Positions 13,502-26,573 of a stretch of DNA of 64,000 nucleotides are shown piece after piece. Source of the stretch: Felis catus (Eukaryota); the NCBI RefSeq assembly GCF_018350175.1, contig NC_058368.1, positions 126,544,001 to 126,608,000 on the forward strand. The letters are read 5' to 3'. Positions within the stretch are counted from its first letter, which is position 1. Each line of letters starts with the position of its first letter. Position numbers and translations under genes: made by a program. The notes under the pieces are model-generated. The model searched no databases, was not told where the DNA came from, and saw only the letters and a program-made list of their open reading frames with translations.

Positions 13502-13735
13502 TTTTTTTTATTTTTTTTTTAAATTTTTTTTTCAACGTTTATTTATTTTTGGGACAGAGAGAGACAGAGCATGAACGGGGGAGGGGCAGAGAGAGAGGGA
13601 GACACAGAATTGGAAACAGGCTCCAGGCTCTGAGCCATCAGCCCAGAGCCTGACGCGGGGCTCGGACTCCCGGACTGCGAGATCGTGACCTGGCTGAAGT
13701 CGGACGCTTAACCGACTGCGCCACCCAGGCGTCCC
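13502..13735 (-). mobile_element. Young Can-SINE (SINEC_Fc young subfamily)
   Basis: CpG-rich body; perfect TSD aagacatttct at 13491-13501 and 13736-13746. Confidence 0.96.
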
Positions 13736-13874
13736 AAGACATTTCTGATCTAAGTCCTTGAGTAGATTTGCTAAGGTTCTATTTGGTTTATAATCTCTGT
13801 TTATTTCACCTTTTCCCACCTATAAACCATCTTTGACACTTAGGTTGAATAAGCTATTTCCAATGTATCTATTT

Positions 13875-14099
13875 TTCTTAAGTTTTTATTTATTTATTTT
13901 GAGAGAGAGTGAGAGAGAGAGTATGAACAAGCATGAGTGGGTGAGGCGCTAGAGAAAGAGAGGGAGAGAGAATCCCAAGCATGCTCTGACCTGTCAGTCC
14001 AGAGCCCCACACAGGGCTCTGTCTCACAAACCGTGAGATCATGACCTGAGCTGAGATCAAAAGTAGAATGCTTAACTGACTGAGCTACCCAGGCACCCC
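13875..14099 (-). mobile_element. Older Can-SINE
   Basis: Reverse SINE; TSD tccaa(tg/ca)tatctatttt at 13860 and 14100. Confidence 0.9.
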
Positions 14100-15093
14100 T
14101 CCAACATATCTATTTTAATTAATTTTTGTAAATGCTTTAGAAAGGGCAGAATGTTTGTTTCAATAGAAATGCTTAGAGTCCTTTTTATTGGTGATATAAA
14201 AGCTATGGATTTTTAATAATTTGTTTGCTGTATGATAGAGGTTGGAGTTTTCTAACTGTGACCTTGGAGCTGAGCATTCTCATGGTCTCTCTAGATCTCC
14301 CATAATGAACGAATTCCATAAAAATTGTTATCAGTTTTGTTGACTTTTTCCCATTTACTTCTCCCTCTTTTAAACATTAAGATGTTCCTCAGAGCTCTGA
14401 ACCTGGCTGGCTAAAGGTTTTTTACCCAACAGCATATTCTTTATGGCAGCCATGGTTACCACAGAACACCCTATCTTCCCTGCCTTACTCTTTAAGGTAA
14501 ATAGAAGTACCTCCAGGATCCAGAATCGGTCAAGGATAATTCTAAATTGCAGGCTTCAGTATTTTGCAATGTATTTAACTCTATCACGTCTGTAATCCTG
14601 GTCTTTTTTTTTTTTTTATTGTATTGGGAATGTAGTCTATTCCATTTTAAGAGGCAACCTTTTTATGCCACTAAATTTTGAAAACCTTAACTAATGTGAT
14701 GTAACATTCTTCACAACAGGTTTTACTCCACATCTCTCCTAAGAACATCTCACTACTGTCTTCTCAGGCCAGATTCAATTGAAAGATCAGGAAATCTTTA
14801 TGTTTTTTTTTTTATCATTTTGCCATATATTTAAATTTATTTGTGTGTTTTATTGATATTTCTTTGCCTTCGATTCTGTGAACAGAAATTCATTATGGAC
14901 ATATCATGCATCGTTGGTTATTAATTATGATAACTTGATACTACTCAGGAAATCAGTAGACATAGTCTCTTGATGGATCAGTGAAGTCCAACATGTATTT
15001 AGTTTAGTTTCACTTTGTAATTTTTACATTAATAATTTGTTAGTACCCTTTGGTGAGTTAGATATATATCCTCTATAATAAAGAATAAGCACA

Positions 15094-15320
15094 GTTGACA
15101 TTTATTGGCCTTTTTCAGTGTGCCAGGCATTATGCTAAGCATTAAATGTAGTTTACTCTCACTTAATCTTCACAGAAGCTCTATGAAGTTGATGCTATTT
15201 TTATTCCCATTTTTACAAATGAGAAAACTGAAGCCCAAATAAATTGAAGGTAACAAGGCTACCATAAGGTGAGACCAGAAGTCAAGATAGGAAGTCTGAC
15301 TTCAGAATTTCTGACCATTA
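15094..15320 (-). mobile_element. MIR SINE
   Basis: catttattg..tgtgccaggcatt...cccatttttacaaatgagaaaactgaag MIR core. Confidence 0.8.
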
Positions 15321-16344
15321 TTATATACTACCTCTTATATGAAGATAAAACTGTTTTCTTAGTACAAATTTGATATGAACAATGTATGCTGCTCCCTAGT
15401 GCCAAATTAATGTTTCAAAACAGACATCTAAAACTCAGTGGAATTTTGGCCATCAGTTCCTATAATTTATTCATCTTTGGGTTGAGATCCTATAGCAACT
15501 TGATCTTTCAGTTATGTAGATGTATATTTTGTAACTAGTTAATTTAGAGACAGTCCCTGAAGTAACCTTGCTCAAGATATGATTTTTTTTTTTTTTACAA
15601 ATGTTTTATTAAAGAAAGTGATGTATGGTCCAGGTGAGTTTCTGGTTATATGGTTATATCTGTCCTAAGGTTTGTGTTATGTGAGCAGTTAAAATCAATG
15701 TAGCTATGTAGTCTCATGGTGAAGATAAGGCCTTGATCACTCATTTACCTATGTGATGGAGCAGATACAAAGTTGTTTCTTAAGGAGAGTCATGCTTTCG
15801 TCTCCTTGTACTCCCTTGGAAGTGGAAATGGCCTTTCTTCTGACTGTTAACCATACTGGCTTCCTCAACTTTCATAAAAGGATGCAATCCTTCTCCTTCT
15901 TCAGATAACTATTAAAGTATATTGCTTAGTGCTTAAGTGAGATCATAGACCACTGGCACTCTTATCAAAATCTTATCTAATTCCCTGTCATTCAGTATTT
16001 ATCAAAAGCTCTGTGGTATGAAGTAACATTTAGGGAGGATATCTTAAAGATTGTATGGTCTATTCATTCTTCTAAAATGCTTTACAACCTATTCCTTTAG
16101 TTATGTATTCTAGGGAAAAAAAGATATAAGTACATCTCTCCAAATCACATCCTCCTAGTTGAATAAGTCTTCTGAATTCACACCTTTTTCTAAAAGAGGC
16201 ATAAAGAAGATTATTGGGAAACAAGGAATGCTCTATTGCTCCGTATGTGGCTCATTCCTTTGCATTAAAAATAAATACTTTTCCTTAGGTAATTCTATAT
16301 TTATTTGAGTTGGTCTAAAGTTTTTTTAACTTTAAAATAATTCT

Positions 16345-16560
16345 TCTTATTATTGTTTTAAGAGAGAGAGAGAGAACACATGTGAGCAGGGGAGAGGAGC
16401 AGAGGGAGGGAGGGAGAGACAGAGAGAGAGAGAGAGAGAATCTTAAGTAGGCTTCACATTCAGCACAGAGCCTGACACAGGCCTCAATCCCATGACTCTG
16501 GGATCATAACCCGAGCCAAAAGAGTTGAATGCTCGACTGAATGAGACACCCAGGTGCCCC
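16345..16560 (-). mobile_element. Older Can-SINE
   Basis: GA-rich region plus reverse SINE head ending cccaggtgcccc. Confidence 0.88.
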
Positions 16561-16576
16561 TGAAAGAATTATTTTT

Positions 16577-16810
16577 TTTTATTTTTTTTATTTTTTAAAT
16601 TTTTTTTCAACGTTTATTTATTTTTGGGACAGAGAGAGACAGAGCATGAACGGGGGAGGGGCAGAGAGAGAGGGAGACACAGAATCGGAAACAGGCTCCA
16701 GGCTCTGAGCCATCAGCCCAGAGCCTGACGCGGGGCTCGAACTCCCGGACCGCGAGGTTGTGACCTGGCTGAAGTCGGACGCTTAACCAACTGCGCCACC
16801 CAGGCGCCCC
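16577..16810 (-). mobile_element. Young Can-SINE
   Basis: Near-consensus CpG-rich copy; perfect TSD tgaaagaattattttt at 16561-16576 and 16811-16826. Confidence 0.96.
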
Positions 16811-16859
16811 TGAAAGAATTATTTTTAAAAAATGAAGCCATGGTAACTGAATACAGTCC

Positions 16860-17420
16860 TGTTTCAGTTATCTATTAGTGTGTTACCAACTATACCAAAA
16901 CTACATAGCTTAAAATATCTTACCCTTTCTCATGATTTTATGGGTCAGAAATTTGGACAGTGCATGGTAGGGGTGTTTCATCTCTCTCCACATGATGCTT
17001 GCCAATTTGGAATTTCCAAAACAGCTTCTGTACTCACATGCCTGACCCCTCAGTCAGTATGGTTAGGGCAGCTGGGTAGGAATAAATCAACTGGGGTCCT
17101 ACCTGTGGGGACACAGTTTTCTCTGTTGGCCTTAGTTTTACTCCATGGAGTCTAGGAGTCTCCTCCTCTTTGTTCTCTCTGCATGTGGTCTCTCTAATGA
17201 GACAGCCCACCCAGCTCCATCTATGGCAGTTTAGGGCTCCCCAAGGCACAGCAGTTGAAGCTGTCGGACCTACTTAATGCTTAGGACCTAAAATGGCACA
17301 GGGTATTCTGCTGCATTTGTAATTAAAGCAAGTCACAGGCCCCGCTCTGTGTCATGGGCTATAGAAAGGCATGAATGCCAGAGAGTGCAAATAATTGTAG
17401 ACCACCAATGATACTGATGA
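16860..17420. mobile_element. Old MLT1-type MaLR LTR
   Basis: tcagttatctatt..ccaaaact...tctcatgattttatgggtcagaaatttggacag...aaagcaagtcacaggc motifs; 3' boundary approximate. Confidence 0.7.
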
Positions 17421-20099
17421 CTAGAGTTCTATTAGATTATAAAATAGTGACGCAACTAATAAGATTTATAATCACTAATAAACCCATTTGCCACATGTAA
17501 AAAGTGTAACAATTGATCATGAGTTAAGAGGCCATTATTGACGAAAATTTGTGGAAGTAGATTTCTATGTTAAAGAAGTTGTTCTTAAGCCATTTTTGTA
17601 TCTAGCTTACTAATAATAGCTCTATATTTAAGTCACAAAGAACCCATAAATTATGATTCATACCATTTCCACTAAAAATAAATAAATAACCCAAAAACCT
17701 CTGAAAAGTTGCCTGGATATACTCTTGAAAGTTCTGTAAGTTGGTTAGAGAAGAAAGAAAGAGAGAAGATGCTTTGTACTGGGCTATACTTAATTTCTAA
17801 AATAGATATTGTTGTGTGTCATTTTGTGTGTAATTTTAAAACCATAATCTCTGGTTATAAGGCATGGTATTTTCATGAGACTAAAGTAAAGACTGATGCT
17901 TACTTTGACAGACAATAGGCTGTAATAGTGGTAGTCGTAATAGTATTTTAAAGAGTAGTAGAGCCAAGAAGGGAACTAACAGTGTATGGAGTGGTTATCA
18001 ACCTACTGAACAATTTTTGATAGTGCCATTGAGGTATGAGCTTGGAAAATCCAAAATGTTGTGTCTAGATGGGAAAAAATTCCCTAGCAATGTGAAAGAT
18101 GGAATGAAACCAGAGAAATCATTGAAAAGTATTTTTATATGCAATTTCCAAATTTTAAAATTAGTCATCTGGCTTAAGCATAATTTGCTTCATGAACGTA
18201 GCTATAGTCTTAGCCAGCTATAGATGACCACTTACTTGGCCATTTCTAGGGGTCCTTTGGAAGAAATATTGTAAATCTACTGAGTGAGTGGTAATGAACC
18301 TACACAACTCAATTCATTAATATTATGAACAAACTGCTATGGAAACAAAAAGGAAAAAGAGTGAGGTGGTAAATTCTTTATTGTTGCAATAATAAAAGGT
18401 AGACCAATGAAACTTATCAAAGTAGCAACATTTACTCTGAGCTTTGAAGCATAGTTCAAATCCTAGAGGGGTGCTGTTAGTGATTTTGGATGCCTCAACC
18501 GTCAACCTTCTAGTCTACTTTGTTCTTCCTCCTCACTATTCCAAAAAGACCTCAGCTGTATTCCATAATAGGAAGAACTTGCAAAGGATAGTGGTCTTAG
18601 GCATCTGTGTTCCTTCCTCTACTACCCTGATGCCCTTTAGTGGAGTTAATACAACAGAAATCCTGGTGGAAGGCCAGCATAGGATGACTGATCCAATCCT
18701 GAGGAAATCATCTTTGTCCTGACCCTGGGAAGTAGACAGGAAAATTCCCTGGATATCTAAAGCACTTCTGAGATGCATGGACATTCCATTTCAAGAGATT
18801 CTCAACTTTGAAGATTTCATAGCTTCCCTTGGGATACAGATCTAGTAGCTGTTGACCTTTTATGATCAGTTAACTTCTTCCATACAAATGAGATATATAT
18901 TAAGAATCTGTTATGTGCTAAAAATTGAATTTTTACATTTGAAAGACCCAGTTCTTGGCCTAAGTAACTAATTTAATGGTAATGTTTAATAGAAGCATGA
19001 CACTAAATCCAGTCTTTTCATAAGTGGCGTGTATATGCCTGCCACATATACCAAATTATAGTCAACTTTTTAATTTTCTATAATAGATTTGGCATATTTT
19101 TATTCATAAATCTTTCAAAGCTGAGGAGTAAAGATGAGTTGAATTCATACCTTCTTTCCTAATACTATTTGTTGATACATGTTTTGATACTATGATTATA
19201 GTCCACAGGCTTGCAGAGGATGGATTCCTTTGTAGTGACAGTGCAAGGAGGTAAAATGGGCAATATGTGGATTTTGTGGCCTGGACTGGAGAGAGAAGAA
19301 GAAATATATGCAATGAATCTGTGTAGTGAAACACCATCTTCTGGTTCCTGGATTGACCCGTGCATTCATTTAGTAGCACCTATATAGAATACTCATGGTC
19401 TCTACACTTTACTGGAACAACAGCATATAAGTATTATATATTTCAGTAGGAACTTTTTCTTCAGTGCAATTCACAAGCAAATCAAAGTAGTTTCATGAGG
19501 GAGAAACATGTTTGGTTTGATGATCTTGGCTTCAAAGGTGAAATGTTATACCTATTCTGTTCTTTGGTTGAAAGATGTGAAGGAAGCTTGTGAACAAGGG
19601 AGAATGGTCTCATTGGATACAGGGTTCTCTCCTTGCTGTGCTGACACAGGGATGAAGGTGTTAAGACTCCCTCCCTCATTTTAGCTATTATGTGCCCCCA
19701 CCATCTGCCAGCTCAGTGCCTTCTCTGGGACCACAGAGAAAGGTACCACAGTGGATATATTTGTGGTGAGTAGACCTGGCATAATCATAATAATTGTTGA
19801 ATTGACTGGGGCATTAATTACCTGGGCGAGTTAATGGCAAGTTTTCAGTTTTTATTTTGATAAAGTATTTGTGATTTTTGTACTGTTCAAAGCCAGTTGA
19901 ACAGTACATTAGGCTTTGGTATTTACAAGCCTTACTTCTTTTACTTTTCACAGTTTTATCAGGTTTCATTTCTTAAAGTTGAATTTAGTCTCACCCCACC
20001 CTACCCCAAATGCTGGATAATCACACAACTCCAACCATTTCCTCTTCCCTCCCCCACTCCTATATTGTTGACTTTGAGTGGGTCTTTATATGGTTACTG

Positions 20100-20292
20100 C
20101 AGTTCCAAAGAGGCTGTGATAGGGTTGTTTGAAGAGAGAAAGAGGGTCACTGTGGCCAGGAATGAAGGAGAGAGGGAAAGACGAGAAGATAGAAGAGGGA
20201 GCTAAGAAGTAGATCACATAGGTACTTATAGATCCTGCCAAAGAGTTTGGATTGCATTTTAAGGTCTGTGGGAAGGTACTGGCGAGCTTTAA
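20100..20292 (-). mobile_element. L2 fragment
   Basis: Purine-rich tract with gtagatcacatagg..aaagagtttggattgcattttaag..tgggaag motif. Confidence 0.6.
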
Positions 20293-20569
20293 GTTTTAGA
20301 ATATTGTCTGTCGTGAATGTATAGTAAGGTTGATTCTACATTTTTTTTTTCATAAGTAGACTGAGGTTTATTCCTCCAAATAGAGAAAAGTTTTAACAAC
20401 CAGAGAGTATTGAAGATATGTAGATCAGGTGTCTGTCTGATGAGTATTGGTAAAGTTCACAGGAAATGGAAAATCAAGGAAAGAAGCAAGAAAGAGAGGA
20501 GGAGATGTTGCTCTGTGTATACTACAGAAGCTCAGCACTGACATAGATGGAGAAGGGAAACTAGCTGTC

Positions 20570-20798
20570 TTTATTTATTTTTGTTTGTGTTTTGAAAGTT
20601 CACTTATTGAGAGAGAGAGTGAGAGCAAGAGAGAGAGAAAGAGAATGAGCAGGGGAAGAGGCAGAGAGAGAGAGGGGAGAGAGAGAATCCCAGGCAGGCT
20701 CAGCATGGAGCTCAGGTCTCAATCCCACAACTGTGAGATCATGACCTGCGCCAAAATCAAGAGTCAAACCGTAACCATTTGAGCCACCCAGGTGCCCC
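20570..20798 (-). mobile_element. Can-SINE
   Basis: Reverse SINE ending gagccacccaggtgcccc. Confidence 0.9.
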
Positions 20799-21036
20799 AT
20801 TTTCACAGTCTTTAAACACAGTGATTAACAGGTCTAACTAAAGGGGGGAAATATGTATAATTACTAGACATAATGGACTGTGTGAGAGGCTTTGCGTGCA
20901 TTCAGAAGGAGCCATGTTGATTCAAAATGTCTTCTCAGGGAACTGAAAGCTTCTGAGAGGCAGTGAGCATGACTTAGATTTCTTTAACTGCACATTGTAC
21001 CTAGAACATAGACACTTAGGGAACATTGGGTGTGTG

Positions 21037-21038
<2 letters not shown>

Positions 21039-21113
<75 letters not shown>
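21039..21113. repeat. Compound (TC)n(TA)n microsatellite
   Basis: Direct reading. Confidence 0.95.
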
Positions 21114-21116
<3 letters not shown>

Positions 21117-22137
21117 CATAACGTAGTTTTAGACTATATTTGTCTGTCTTCTGCTCACCTATGATGTCACTGGAAGAATATATCAGATAAATCTAATTTA
21201 TACTATGATTTGATTATTGTGTGGAACTGGTCTTCTTGTTCTTTAATCAAAAATGAATCATTCTATCCTTCTCTTTACAAAATGTGATTGTGTTCTGAAG
21301 ATTGATAGACCCAAGCAGATTTTGGACTGGGAGAATCAGTCTAGACTTCAGATAAAGCAATAACATGATGCTTTTTCTTCAAGGTTAGAACACCCAAGGG
21401 AAAGTAGGTCTGCTGCAGAATTTCCATTTAATAGATTCGTGTGTTAAAGCTGGCATTAAAATCGTTCCAAGTTGTTGGATACTTAAAAACCCCAAGTATG
21501 TGTAATACAGTAATGAAAGAATAAGATTATATATGTAATTTAAATGCATTACCAAATACAGACATTTGCCTTTTTATTGCAGTGTTTTATAAGTTCAAAT
21601 TTGAGCTAGTACAATATTCCATATTTTTAAATGTTTAGATAATGCATTTGTCAAGAAAAAAAAACAATAAATCAGTGTGCCATTTTCCAGAAATGTGAAT
21701 ATATATTTTCTAGTAAGAAAAACTGCTCAGGGGGTAAAAGACTATGCTGATCTTATATTTACAAATACATAGTAGCTCAAGTACTGGTAGGTTTTGCTAA
21801 TAACTGAGATTTCATTTTGAGGTTAAGCATAGAATTTAGCCAACTGCCACTAAGATACATTAAACTGAAGTGGAGAAATGACGGAACATGTTATGTTTGT
21901 TCCTGGTTTTGACCTATATGCATTATTTTTTATTTTTATTGCAGTAAACATGGAAGTGACATTCCATTCAAATATAAATAAGCATAAACAAACCCCTATA
22001 TACAGTCCCCTTATTGTCACAATGTGTTTGATGAGTTTTTCCTTGGGTCACCTTTTCTGGCATTGCTTTTCCATTTCTACTCCATTTTCAGCTACTTTCT
22101 AGAAAATAAAGTACTTAGACAATGGCTGTGATTCTTT

Positions 22138-22352
22138 TTTTTTAAAAAAATTTAATGTTCATTTATTTTTGAGAGAGAGAGACAGAGTGTGAGTGGGGAA
22201 GGGGCAGAGGGAGAGGGAAACAGAATCTGAAGCAGGCTCCAGGCTCTGAGCTGTCAGCGCAGAGCCTGATGTGGGGCTCGAACTCACGAACCACAAGATC
22301 ATGACCTGAGCCGAAGTCAGATGCTTAACCCACTAAGCCACCCAGGCGCCCC
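22138..22352 (-). mobile_element. Can-SINE
   Basis: TSD acaatggct(g/a)tgattcttt on both sides. Confidence 0.94.
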
Positions 22353-22544
22353 AACAATGGCTATGATTCTTTAAAACACTTATAATTATATAGCCCCTTT
22401 AAACTCAAAATATAATTTACTAAAACTATACAGTCTACCTGGACCAGGAATTAAAAATGTTGATGTAAACTGGGAATGAACATTTTTGGTTTCAAACTGT
22501 GACAGATAGGAGAGAATGCATCTTGCTTACTACAAACCATCAAG

Positions 22545-22769
22545 TTTTTTCTTTTTTCTTTTTTTAACGTTTTATTTATTTTTGAGACAGAGAGAGACAG
22601 AGCATGAACAGGGGAGGATGAGGGAGAGAGGGAGACACAGAATCTGAAACAGGCTCCAGGCTCTGAGCTGTCGTCACAGACCCCGACATGGGGCTCGAAC
22701 TCACGGTGCGTGAGATCATGACCTGAGCCGAAGTCGGACGCTTAACCGACTGAACCACCTAGGCGCCCC
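22545..22769 (-). mobile_element. Can-SINE
   Basis: Reverse SINE body with T tail. Confidence 0.93.
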
Positions 22770-23792
22770 AATTTTTTTCTTTTTTTTATCCAAAGTTATC
22801 AAAACCCTGCAATGTTGTATTCAGTGTTTTTTATTAAATAGTTATCCAGCTAAGCGGTTGGGCTAAGAAACTGAGAGGTGAATGAATGCTAGAGACTACT
22901 ACTCTCAAAGCTACCTGGACAGTTCACCAAGGAGTGCTCCAGGCATTCCTCTATGAGACTCCAAGTCCTGGAGTGCAGAATGTTGTCATATCCATCCCTT
23001 TGACCTCAGTGCCCAACCCAGTGACCCAAACACAGAGCGCTCAGTAAATGTTTGCCAGATGGTGTATCAGTTCTAGATGATGCATAGAGCAGGACTCTTT
23101 CATGCACAGGCATCTGGAGGTTTCCATGAGTGCGATCAACACCCCACCTTCCTGACCAGTCCATAACCTTATTGAAAGAGGGGTCACATCTACTCATCTT
23201 TTTTTTTTAATCCTACACTCATTATGGTACATGGAAGTGATTTGTGAATGTATTTTAAAAATTAATGGAAATACTTCCGAAGACACAAGCAGTATCTTTA
23301 CATGTGTTTCATGTAATTCAGTCTTCTGAATTTCTGTAATTCAGTCTTCTGAAACTTCTGGAAAATATTAAAATCCAAAACATCCCTATTCCCCACACTT
23401 TTTTTATGTTCTGTACTGTAAGGGATAGAGACAAGCAAAAGAATGCACGTGTGTGACATTAACCTTGAATGGAATGGAACTTATTCAGAGGACTTCAGAA
23501 ACAGCGAATTCACCCGAAGATCTCTTGGGTAAACTTGAGATTGTTTCCTCCAACTCTCTGAGACACAACTTGTTTATTTACAGAACAAGGATGATATTCA
23601 TTGAACATCTCCTGTAAAGTTAGTCTAACCTCAAGTAAGGTGATATATGTAATTACATGCAATGAACCACAAAGTGCTTTCTACTTTGCTAGGCTGACCA
23701 GTGTAAGTTCCCTCAACCTGTCCTTGGGGGCATGATTGTACAATGTTTCACTGCATTGAACTGATTTCCTAACCAATTGGAGCAGATAGGAA

Positions 23793-23948
23793 TGTATACA
23801 TATATATTTATGTATATTTATTGTACATATATTATTACTTATATACTATATATAATATATAGTATATAATATATACTATAATATATAATATAATATAGGC
23901 ATGAATATGTATATATGTGTGTGTGTGTGTATACATGTATATATGTAT
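23793..23948. repeat. TA/TG low-complexity tract
   Basis: Direct reading. Confidence 0.85.
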
Positions 23949-24040
23949 AGATTTCATCATAAAAAATCTTGACAAGAGAATAATGATGATGCAGTGTGGA
24001 GTATACTGTCCCGTGTGGGGTACTCATGACTCCCAGACCT

Positions 24041-24271
24041 CAGCAATAGCTTCAAACCTTTTCTGACCACACCTACAACAAAAATATATTTTACATCATG
24101 ATCCAATTTGCACATACACCCACAGACACAGACTAAAATGATACCTATTATGTGTGATGTATAGTGATATTTTCTCTCGTATCCTATTAATTTTTAAAAT
24201 GCTGTCCATGACACACTTCACTGACTTTCTGGCCCACTCATGTGTTGCAAGCCACAATTTCAGCATCACTG
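24041..24271. mobile_element. Degenerate hAT-Charlie-like MITE
   Basis: cagcaatagcttcaaacc...aatttcagcatcactg ends resemble CAG...CTG terminal inverted repeats; family not determined. Confidence 0.4.
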
Positions 24272-25949
24272 CCATATAGGTCATCCATACAGACTCCTTG
24301 TACATCCTGAAGAGGCCATTTTCTCCCACACCCTAGTGCACTTTAGACTATACGTCTTCCTGCAAAGTTTCCATACCCTGTGTGCTTCCTTCAAGCAGTC
24401 AGGCAGCCATACCTCTCACCACTGTATACCTCCGTGTCCCAGACACCCCCTCATGTCTGCCATAGCACTTTCCAGCTGGTGTCTCTCTCTCCCACTCCTT
24501 CCCTCTCTTGTCTGTCTCTTTCCTTCCTGCCTCACACACATGCCTTGTCCTGTTCCCCTTCCTCTTCTCTCCCTCCTACCTTCCCTCCTTTCCTCCTTTT
24601 CTCCTTTCTTTTCTTTCTAAATGATAAAAGATGCAATAGCCTTTGTAGAAAATTTGAAAATACAGAAGAATAAACAGAAAATAAAACCTAATTTTTAAAG
24701 AAGCCCCCTAGAGATAACTACTAATGTTTACACATTTTCAGTTAATCTTCTTTAATATCCAAGTCTGTATACTTTAGGAAACAAAACTAGGAATGCATGG
24801 TGGAATTTTATAACCTGCTGGGAATAGACCTGATGTTGACCTGGACTGTGAATAGAGATTAGAAACAGAATTTTTTTAAAGATAAAATAATAGTTTAATA
24901 GACTATTTAATAATAAAATCTAAATAATCAAATAATGGAGCCCTCTGTCAGTTTTTCAAAACATACACACAGAACAGTAAACAAAATAGAAATATAAACA
25001 CATTTTCAATTTTTTTGCCATTCAGTATATATCTGAGTGATAGATTCCAAATCAAGAAATGGAACATTATCATTGTCTGAGATACTCCTCTTTCCCTGTT
25101 TCCCAAGTGGAAGCACAATCCTGACCTCTGTTTTGAGGAATATGCATACAGAGAGAGAATTATAAAGTGTATTCTCTTTTGTTTTTTCATTGTTTCCCTC
25201 AATATTTTTAAAATCCAAATGTTAGCACGTTGTTGCAATTTATTTCCACTGCAATAGCACTGCTTCATCACGCTATTGTTATTTTTTAATTTAGCCTAGA
25301 ATAAAAGGATATGAGAAGAGAATTTGTCATTTTATGTATTATAAATATTCATCTTATGAAGAATTTCCTATATGTCTTTGTTGAATATTTGTAAACACCT
25401 CTGTTGTGTATCTTTCCAACTTTGTAAATTACTCTTCCTAGCTAAGCCAGTATGTATTTGGAGTTTGTTGTGATTTTGTGTATAAAATAAAAACATCCTC
25501 TTCACACTGAGGTATTGAGATAAACTAGTATTGAGTCACCTTTATTTCTGGATAAATTTAAATTTTAGGGAGACAAAGAAGTCAGAAATTTTTGACAGAA
25601 AAATCCAAGACGGCCTACTTGTTGGGTTAACGAATACTCAGGGTAAATGGTATTTAAAGTGATTTCCATGAGGAGGAGAAGCGTAAAGAACTTTTAGTAA
25701 AAGACAAAAAGGATAAGTCAGAAATTATATGTAGCAGCCACATTTGAACTCTCCTGATGAATCACAGCAAATGTATTCTTTCCTATTCATATTTCTGAGG
25801 GCAGAAGCTTTTGTTTGGAATGATTGTGTCTTAACATCACATTGTAGTTTTTCCAGGGATTAAGCCAGGATTTGAATAAATTGCTTTACTTCTTTACAAC
25901 TACTAATTCAATCTCAAAGTGAAGTCCACAGAGCACCCACCTCAGAATT

Positions 25950-26080
25950 TCCTCTAGGATCATACGAAGTGCGGGTTTTCCGTGCTCACCCCTGTCCCAT
26001 TGAATCAGTTTTTAATGATGGACCCCAGGAATTTCCTCCTCAGGTTTTGATGCCTGGTAAGGTATGAGAATCAGTGCCCT
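25950..26080. mobile_element. MER5-like DNA transposon fragment
   Basis: cccattgaatcag...ccccaggaatt...gttttgatgc..gagaatcagtg. Confidence 0.5.
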
Positions 26081-26194
26081 GAAATTTATAAAACTCTTTA
26101 AAAAATCAGTGTACTAAACAGCTTTGTAGAGACCTTCCAGTGTGTATTAAATGTAAATTCTCCAGTGAAGTAAATTCCTTTAAAAAGGCTTAAT

Positions 26195-26573
26195 GGGGCT
26201 CCTGGTGGGTCAGTCAGTTAAGGGTCCTACTCTTGATTTCCAGTCAGGTCGTTATCTCACAGTTCCTGAGCTGGAGCCCCACATTGGTGCAGAGCCTGCT
26301 TGGGACTCTCTCTTTGCCCCTCCCCAGCTCATGCGTGCACCAGCATTGCATACACATGCACACTCTCTCTCCTTCTCTCTGTCAAAATAAAGAAATAAAC
26401 TAAAAAAAAATGGGAGGGGGGGCTTGGGGCCCGAGTTCAAGCCCCACATCAGGCTCTGTGCTGATAGTGTAGAGCCTGCTTCAGATTCTCTGTCTCCCTC
26501 TCTCTGCCCCTCCCCTGCCTGTGTGCTCTCTCTCTTTCAAAAATAAAATGAACATTAAAAAAAAAAAAAAAAA
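26195..26573 (+). mobile_element. Tandem or composite Can-SINE (one headed unit + one headless unit)
   Basis: Unit 1 at 26195-26410 with its own A tail; unit 2 from ~26432 (gagttcaagccccacatc) to an A tail; aaaaggcttaa-like TSD at ~26183 and ~26571. Confidence 0.88.

Noticed and set aside
23312..23353. 19-bp direct repeat tgtaattcagtcttctgaa x2 (similar small duplication at ~60676-60706)
   Set aside because: This is an ordinary local tandem duplication with only two copies.
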